This document shows, piece by piece, positions 9,601 to 18,600 of a stretch of DNA of 50,803 bases (position 1 is the stretch's first letter; each line of letters begins with the position of its first letter). This stretch comes from a virus (Duplodnaviria > Caudoviricetes), in the IMG/VR virus record IMGVR_UViG_3300042893_002153, positions 1 to 50,803 of that record; one strand, written 5' to 3'. The position numbers were made by a program, and so were the translations under genes. The notes beneath the pieces are model-generated. The model saw only the letters and a list, made by a program, of their open reading frames with translations. It was not told the origin of the DNA and did no database searches.

Positions 9601-12600
9601 GGAATCCAAACGAAGAACTTAACTTTATGGAATTTAACGGCCTTATTGATGCTCTTTCGGTAGATTTCGGAAATTTTTCAAATAAAGATATACAACAAAT
9701 ACAACAAGTCACAAAGAAAAAATCTGTTTACTTTTATTTTATTTTAGAAATGTATAAAACCATTCTTGAAGAAGAAACCGAAGCCTTATCAGCGGGTCTT
9801 GGAAACGCGACTGGTAAAGAAGCCGAAGAGATGAGAAAGAAACTAAAACTATTAAAAACAAGGGCCGGAATTGTATCTCTTCTTTCAAACGAAATATACC
9901 CAAGCAGACCCGTTACAAACACTTTAGATTTTGATTCAAAATATATAAACGATAATATGAGTTTAAAAGCATTTGAAGATATGGGTGCTATTTTTGGGGA
10001 CGTTTCTTACAACGGTCTTTCTTTTTTAGACGGGATTAGAAATAACAAATTAGCCGCAAGTGCTGGAGAAATTATGCTAATAGCCGCTGAAATAAGTAAA
10101 AGCGCAACATTAACTGATTACTTTAAAAAAAATGACGAATTGATTCTCGATAAAGAAACAAAAAGAAGAATTCTTATTATTGCCGAGTTCAGTATTATGA
10201 ACTATGCTAAAAACCTAATGAAGAAAAATATTGTTTCGGTTCCGTCGGAAAGGGGAACCCAAAAAGCAAGAATAATTTCAAAACTAAAAAGAGAAGCAAG
10301 ACAAGAAACGTCAGTTGTTCAAAAAACACTTTCACATGCTGCCTATAACGCAACGCAAAAACTTGCCAACTGGATTGCCAACAATCAAATAAAAGTTCCA
10401 CCATTTCTTCAAGGTGCTAATTTTATTAATAGTTCCTTTTCTACTTTTGACATCAATAACCCAGGTGGCATATATGTCGAAATAGACCTTTCAGAAGATT
10501 TAAAACAACTAAAAACTAAAAAAGAAAAACAAGAATATTTAGACATCATTAAGCAGTCTTATGACCTAATGTTACACACCTTTTTAGAAGGAACACACAT
10601 TGCTTCCAACAATAAGAAGATTAAGTTTGGTTTGGATAATTACGAATATGAAGTTGAACTATTAGAAAAAGATGTTTTAACCAAAAAATCCATGAAATCA
10701 GAAGATGTTGGACTTACGGTTTACATTTACCCAACAGTTAAAAACATTCAAGAATATATTAAAAAAATTGAAGAAAATGAAAAAGAATTAAATCAAACAA
10801 AAGAAACAAAACCTGATGTTATTGCAGAAGCAAAAAACAACTTCCAAAACATTATTTTAACAAACGAAGTATTAGATGGCGACAACCAACTAACAAGCGC
10901 CGCGGTTTTAAATAACGCACAATCTAACATAAGTAACAAAGTTATTAATCAACTGTCAAACATTATTCCAAGCATGGTTCAACCTTTGTCTGGTAAAGAA
11001 GTTGTGGCAAGTGTAAATCTTCCTTGGGGTAAAAGTGTAAAAGTATCTAACACAATGTTTGAAGCAAAAGCATTAATAGAAGAAGGACTAAGAAACGACA
11101 TTAAAAGAAGAAATATTGATGTTGAAATTGGAAAAGACGTTGAAATACGATATTTTCTTGTAAGCACGCTTTTACCAACTGGTTCGTTTTATGACACTTA
11201 TTTTAAAGACTCAAATCATTTCGGAACCGGTTATTACTTTACCCACTTAGAAGAAAGAAACATGCAAGAGTTTGATGCCAAAATGAAGACCGATTCTGGT
11301 TCTTTGTCATCATCGAAAAAGTTTTTAATTGGTTTTTTTGTTGGTAAAAGATTTATTTCTAGCAGTAAAAACCAGAATTTACCAGATTTAAAACATATTG
11401 ATAAACTTTTAAACGGAGAAGACAGTTTTGTAAAAGCATCATATCGTCTTGCTAAAAAAGAAATAAAAGATAATATTTACAACCAGTTTGACGGAATTTT
11501 CAGTTTGGAAATGAACCTTATTGACGCTGATAATTTTTATAAAAATGTAATTAAACCATTTAACCAATTCAAAGTTATTGGAACAACTTTAACCGCACCA
11601 GAAAAAGCCCTTACAAGCAGTTTTGATGAAGAAATAAGAGGTTTAATTGGAGAAATTCAAGTAAAACAACGCTCACCTTTGTCATCAGAACAAGATACAG
11701 AAATCAAAAATGAATATATTCCAGATTCAGTATTTGCTTCCGAAATGTCTTATCATCTTTTTAATTTGTTTTTTAAAGGAATGAAAAACCCATATGACAC
11801 TCCAATTACAAATATATTAAAAGAAAAACCATATCATATTGTTGCCTTAGAACGTATCGCGAAAATAACTTCAAAGAAGTCGACAGCAAACACTTACCCT
11901 TTTGAAACTTTTTTTGAAACCATAGTGAATGATGTTAAAAAAGATTTGTTGGCGGAAGAACGCGAATTTGAAGAAGAGTTCCCTTTTATTCCAACGTATT
12001 TTAAAAGCCTTACGTTAAAAGAATTTACCGCAGGTTTTTTTAAATCTCCCGAAAGTTTTAAAGAATCTAAATACCACAACAAACTAATTGGATTAGATAA
12101 TTCCTACGTTGAAATAAACCCAAAAATATGGAAAACCATTGATGACAAAATTACTCTCGATATAAAAAACATTTTTGGACTTTCCCAAGAGTTTTTTGTT
12201 TTGTTTTTACAGCAAGATTTCAGAGATGAAAATAATCAATACGACTTAGTAGCAAAAATATTTAAAAAAGTTGAAAACAATGAAGGCAATATAAGAAAAA
12301 TCATTATAGATAATATAAAGTCTATAATAGAAAATCTAAAAAAAGAACAAAAAGAAGTTGTGTTTTTTAACCGTCCAAGAGGTTACGTAGTTAGAGCGGA
12401 AAAAAGCGCAGAGGTTCCAGACGAAAGACAAACAAAACGATATAACTTGGTAAAAACTGCCTACGAAGATGTTGAAGATTCTGCTTTGGTTGTGTTTGAA
12501 AAACTCTTAAAAGATTTTGAATATGTTGAAAAAATAGATGCAGATTCTAGTTTTTGGTTACAGAACGAAAGTTTATACGATTCAATACTAAATTTAAAAT

Positions 12601-15600
12601 ATTCTGTAAGTCTTTACACCAATTACAAGACAACAAGAAAACTTATCGAGGTATTTAATAAAGATTTTACAGACTTTAAAAAAATACACCACAGAACCGC
12701 CAGAGAAATCTTTGAACTCAGAGAGCGGTTCTATGAAACCCAAACAAAAGTAGTGGTTTTAGGACACCCAGCATACAACAAAAGCGGAATTTTGTATCAC
12801 GCGTCGAAATTTTTAGATTTTACTTCTATTTTTTTGAATAAAGACGTAAATACGGGACAAGGTTATAACACGTACTATACTTACCTTATGGGATATCTAG
12901 ATTTTGAAAATAATGATTTTTTAACAATGTTTGCAGAGTTTGCAAAAGCACGTCTTGTTAACGATACCGTGCTCAACAATAATGACATGTTTAAAAACGG
13001 CGCTATTGCTAACAGAGTAATGTTAGATATGAAAAACGAATTTCGAGGTTATAAAGAAGATTTACAAAATGGAAAAATATCTTATAAATACATGATAAAC
13101 CCTTTTCAAGAATTTTTAAAAATTTATGATTTTATCGGTGTTGATTTAAGAGAAATTTCTAAAGTTATTCCAGAAATTGCCGAAAAAGGAAGCACAGTTT
13201 TATATCTTTCGCAAAACACGGCGGAAATACTTTCAAAAGACAATTACTCTGAGTTAAAAGATGAAGATGGTGTAAAAAAATCTTTCACCATTGGTGCAAC
13301 CAAAGAAGAGATTCCTTTATTAACGGTTCAAGTTGGAAACCAAGAAGGTTCTTATTTAAGTAGTGATTCGGTAGAAAAACTTCTACAAGAACCCTTTAAG
13401 ATTTACACACTCAATACCACTATTAATTTTGAAAGTATTGGCCTTGGTATTAAAAACACAATAAACTCATATACTGATAATTTACCGAATGAAGCAGAAA
13501 AAATTCTTGTTCAAACAAAGGCACCACAATTAAACTATCCCGTAATAAAAATATCCCCAAGCAAAATGGAAACATTCAGTCAAGACTCGACGGGGGTTTA
13601 TTTAAACACGGACGTTGCGAGAAAATTAATAAATGCCCACCCACTTTTAAAAGACAGTGAAGGAAGAATTTTAAGACTTTATCACGGAACAAAAACTCTC
13701 TTTAAAGATTTTTCTTACGCGTTTTTACAAAAAGTTGGCCTCGCTTATGGTCCAGGCTTTTATTTTGCCAGCGACATTGAAACAAGTAGTGATTATGCAA
13801 GATTTGATGTTACAACCCCAAAAAGTGAAGATAAAAGTAACACAGCACTAAAACAAGAAGGCGTTTTAAAAGAAGTTTATCTGAATATTAAGAAACCAAT
13901 CTATTTTGAAGACGACAGAAGTGTTGACCGAATCGCAAAAATGGGTAACACAGTTTTTTCGAGAAACGAATTCGCTTCTATTTTTAAAGAACTTGTTGCA
14001 AAAGAATTGGATACGAACGGTAACCTTCCAGAATTAGTGAAAAAGGTCATGTTTGAATTTTATTTTGAAGACCCACTTACTTATGGTATATTTGACATTA
14101 AAAAATTAAAAACCCCCGAAGAGTTTGCTGCTTTTTTATTAAATAATTCTGGTGGGTTTACTCAATATGATTCTTTTTCAAACCAAGAAGAATTAGCGGT
14201 TCCAGGGGTTATGCTTTCAACTCTCGTTCGGCGATGGAGAACTTATTTAATTACAAAATATCTTTTACAAAACCGAGTTATTACAGAGAATGAATTAGAT
14301 GAAATTCTAAAAAACAACAAAGAAGAAACCGTTCAAGGGCATTTCAGAAAATCTGTTGGTTTTACACACGAATCAATTTTAGATGACAAAATACAAAAAT
14401 ATTTACAAAAACAAGATATCGAAAACTTTTATTACAACATTTGGGGTAATTCGTTTAAAGATGTTTTAACCGCGACCACTGACGCAACGGGTTACGATGG
14501 TATTGTTAACCGAGCGGAAAGAGAAGGTCATATTATTGTTGCTTTCAACCCAAAACAAATTATCGATGTCAATGACGCTGTTTCTATTAGAGAAACGTCG
14601 GAATTTGACCCTTCTACCGTCGTTCAAGAATTTAACCCAAACAGTATTACAGTTATCCAACCATACTTTGACGCACCTTATATTCAATCTTCATTTAAAA
14701 AAGCGTTTAATTTATCCCCTGTTGTATACGCTATTGTTCCCGCGCTTTGGATTAACAGTAGGGAAAATCAAAGGCTCGTCGACCCAGATAAGAAACTGAT
14801 TTATGTTGAGCGTTTAACCACACCATTACCAATGGACACTAGTGATAACTTTGGTAAGTTTGCTGGCGCACGTGCTATTAACGCCGCTATTATGATTTGG
14901 GCAGATAAAACACACCCTGTATTTAAAGATTATCAAGATTTACGTGAATCACTAGAAACTAAGAAACGATATGAAACCAACGACTTTGTTTATCGTTTTA
15001 TGAAGAATAGAAATACCGAAGAAGACGCAAAAGTTAAAAAAACATTTACTGATTCTGATGGTAAAACCTCTATTAGTTTTGCCGTTCCTTATTTAGGAGT
15101 TGGTGCAAGTTACAACACAAAGATTAATGATTTTGACCAAATTCCTTTGACTGGTAAATACATTGTTATTAAAGCCTCGTCGCCACAGGTTTTAGAACGA
15201 TTAAACAAGATTGATTTTGGTAAGTTGGCAGAAAATGGTGCTGTTTTAAAGGGTAAAGGGTTCCGTGCTTCCGAACTTATTGAAGAATATAATCGTATTA
15301 AAGAAAACTCCGAAGACTTATTTGATACTCTCGACAAGGGTGAAACTGTATATAAACGTGTTTCTAAAAAGAAAACAACCGCCCGAAAGATTAACGCCCA
15401 AGAAGAATCGGACATCAGAAGTGTGTTTGGCGATAAAATTATCCGTGAAATGCTTACGGTTGACGAAAATGGCAACTTCCAAGTTAAAGCCAATTCTATT
15501 CCTACCCGTGTTAAAGCAGAAGCGAAGATTAAATTAGACGGCGCAGAGTTTTCAGAAAAAACACACGCCATTAATATCCCTTTTGAAAATTTACCAGAAG

Positions 15601-18600
15601 TCGTAACGGGTTATAAATATGAAGTTTTAACCGTTCAAGAACTGTCTTCTACACCTTATCTCAAACTGTTTTATGACATTATGAAACAAACCAATATCAC
15701 TTTTGTTTTTACAAGAAATTGGAAGGGTAAAAAGAACGTAAGAGGAATTTCTTTCCATCAAAAAGTCGCTTTTATTATTATTGACAACATCAAAAAGGGT
15801 TTAGAAGGTAAACCACTCGAATTCCAAAAACGATTAGCAACGATTTTAATTCATGAAAACTTACATGAGTTAGAAATGGAAGAAAATTTACATCACGAAC
15901 TAGGGCAAGAACTTGCTTTACTGATGTTTTCCGTCAATTCATCTACCAACACAATGGAAATTTCACCTTTTGGTAAAAACTTCTTCGATGAAATCTTTGC
16001 ACAGGGCGAACCACAATTACCAAACTCATGGGAATCGACTGGCTTTATGGAATTCTTACGTTATATGGAAGGCTATAAATACGCAAGAAAATACCTTAAC
16101 GCCGACGATATTTCACGCATTTTACGCACACCAAAAACAGTATTAAAAACCGAAAAAGATGGGGACAGTAAGGCAAGATTAAAAGGCGAGTTAGTTGCTC
16201 AAATCGGTGGTTATTTAATGGCAGACATGGAAACAATGACTAAGGTTTATGGACTAAAACTAACCGACGCACAAACGCTCACTCTGTTCCAAACTATTTC
16301 TAAAATGCAAGCCAATCCTAATAACACAGCTACTGGTAAAGCATTCTTGATGATTACCTTTGAAAAATATAAAGAACTTTTTGATAACTACATCAAGGGA
16401 TTACAAGCACAGTTCCCAAGCCAAAAGCGGTTCAGCGTTAAAACTATTAATGAATTCATTGCTAAATTCACTGATAACGAATTTACAACCAAGGTCGATT
16501 TAATAAGAACCTACGTTAAAGAACGCGAAGCAGGTCATCGTCGCAAGGCAACCATCGCCCTAGACAAAATCATTTATGTTGCCTCTTTATTAAGCAAGAC
16601 AGTTCAAGAAGCAACGGAAGGCTTTATCGCTTTAAGAAAAGAATTTGTCGACTTACAAGAAAACTCGATGTATCTTTTAAACCTTGAAAATTCCGATGTG
16701 GTTAAATTAAGTGATAATACCATCGAAAAACTAATTAAACAAATTAGAAGTAGATTTAAACAACTTCGCGACGGCACCGAACTCGAAACCATTATTCTGA
16801 ACAGAAAAGATTTAACCAAACAAGACCCAAACAAAGATTTCGAATTAGAAGAATGGTTCCTTGAAGCAAAAGAAATTTTAGAAGGAATCAAAGAAAAGTA
16901 TGACGTAATTCCAGATGAAGTCATTAAAATATTTGGCATTAAAGAAAAACTCGAAGTGTTCCAAAGCCTGACCCAACTTTCCGCAACTCTGCAAGCAATG
17001 GAAACCTTATTTAACAACGACGGAAAATGGGATAAACAAAACGTTACTTTCGCGGAACACCTTGTTGCCGAACTAGAAAAAATTGAAGATGTATTAACAC
17101 CATATTTTACGGCTGTAAACTATGTCAGAACAGGCGCGTTAAACCCAATCGTAACCCCAATGGCAGTTTTCGGTGCGCAAGTTCAAGTAAGGACCAGATT
17201 AGAAAACAAAGAAATAGAACTATTAAAACTTTATTTCAAACAAAAGATTAACTCTGCGGTCAATAAATTGATGGAAGCACGTCTTCAAAAGGATTCTCCA
17301 GCAAGTCCATTTATTTTAAAGATGACGAAAATAATTGAAGATATGAGTGTTTCTATCAACAAAACTAACGTTACGGTTCAAGAAATTGCCAAAGAATTAA
17401 GTGCTAAGGTTTTTATTTTTGTCGACGAAGCAAACGCCGCCATCAGAAAAAACTTTGTGGGTATAGAAAGACAAGAAGCGTATGAACGATTATCGCAAGT
17501 AACCACACTACTTTCCCGTGGTATTGGTGGCATGCTTATGGAATTATCTTTGATGGCTCGCGACACAACCATTTTAGATAATGCGGTTTCAAAGGGTTAT
17601 TTAACACAAGAACAAATGGACCAAATGATTGAGTTTTATAAAAAAAGAAAACTTACATTTTCCGCATCTGCTTTCGCAAGTGGGGTTGCTAGAATTATCA
17701 ATGCTTTTGCGACAAGATACGAAAGTATATTTGGCATGGGCGAAAACGTTACAAACGATGAATATGTAGTCAATATGCACAAACAAATTACAAACCTTGG
17801 CGAAAACAAAGTAAGACCAGTGGTTGAAAAGTTGTGGCAAATCCTGACACCGCAAGATTTCCTTGGTAGATTATCCGATTTGTTTGAAGGTAAAGTGGAT
17901 TTATTCCCTGCCATTCTAAAACTATATGAAGAAGCAACTGAACGTTCCGAAAAAATTTCGGCGGATTTCCACAAAAAATATATTGAGTTTATCAAAAACA
18001 ACCCTGGCATTCAAAAATATTCCATTGAAGAAACGCTTGATGTTTCAACCGACTATTTAATTGGGTTGCCAACTGATACTTTTCAAAAATTAGTGGAAGA
18101 AGTTAAAGTAGAAATGAAAGCCGAAAAAGAACGAATTCAAGCAATGGGCGAAGACGATACATTAAAAGAAGAATATAAAGTTTTAAAAGAAGAAAAAGTA
18201 AAACTTCAAGAAGAAAAGAAGAAGTATCAACGGGGAAGCGCTAATTGGTTAAAAATAAATCAAGATATCCGTGTTTTGACCGCTCAGATGAGTGCAAAAA
18301 GAACTGAATTAAACAATCAAAAAGACCAAATTAAACTAGCCAAAGAATCATTTAAAAACAACGATTCCGACAGCAGGTTGAAAGTTAAAATTGCAGAGTT
18401 CTTGGTTGATAATCCAAACATCACGCTTAATCAAAACTTACCAAAAGGCACCATCGCTGCTCTGTATTTAATGGTTGCGCGTGAAGTTGAAATGCTTGAA
18501 ATCTTCGAAAAGGCGAGAGAAACAGATACAGATACACTTATTAAACCAACAAACCACTTCCGTTTTAGTAACCAAATTAACATTTTGGATAACCGAATTC

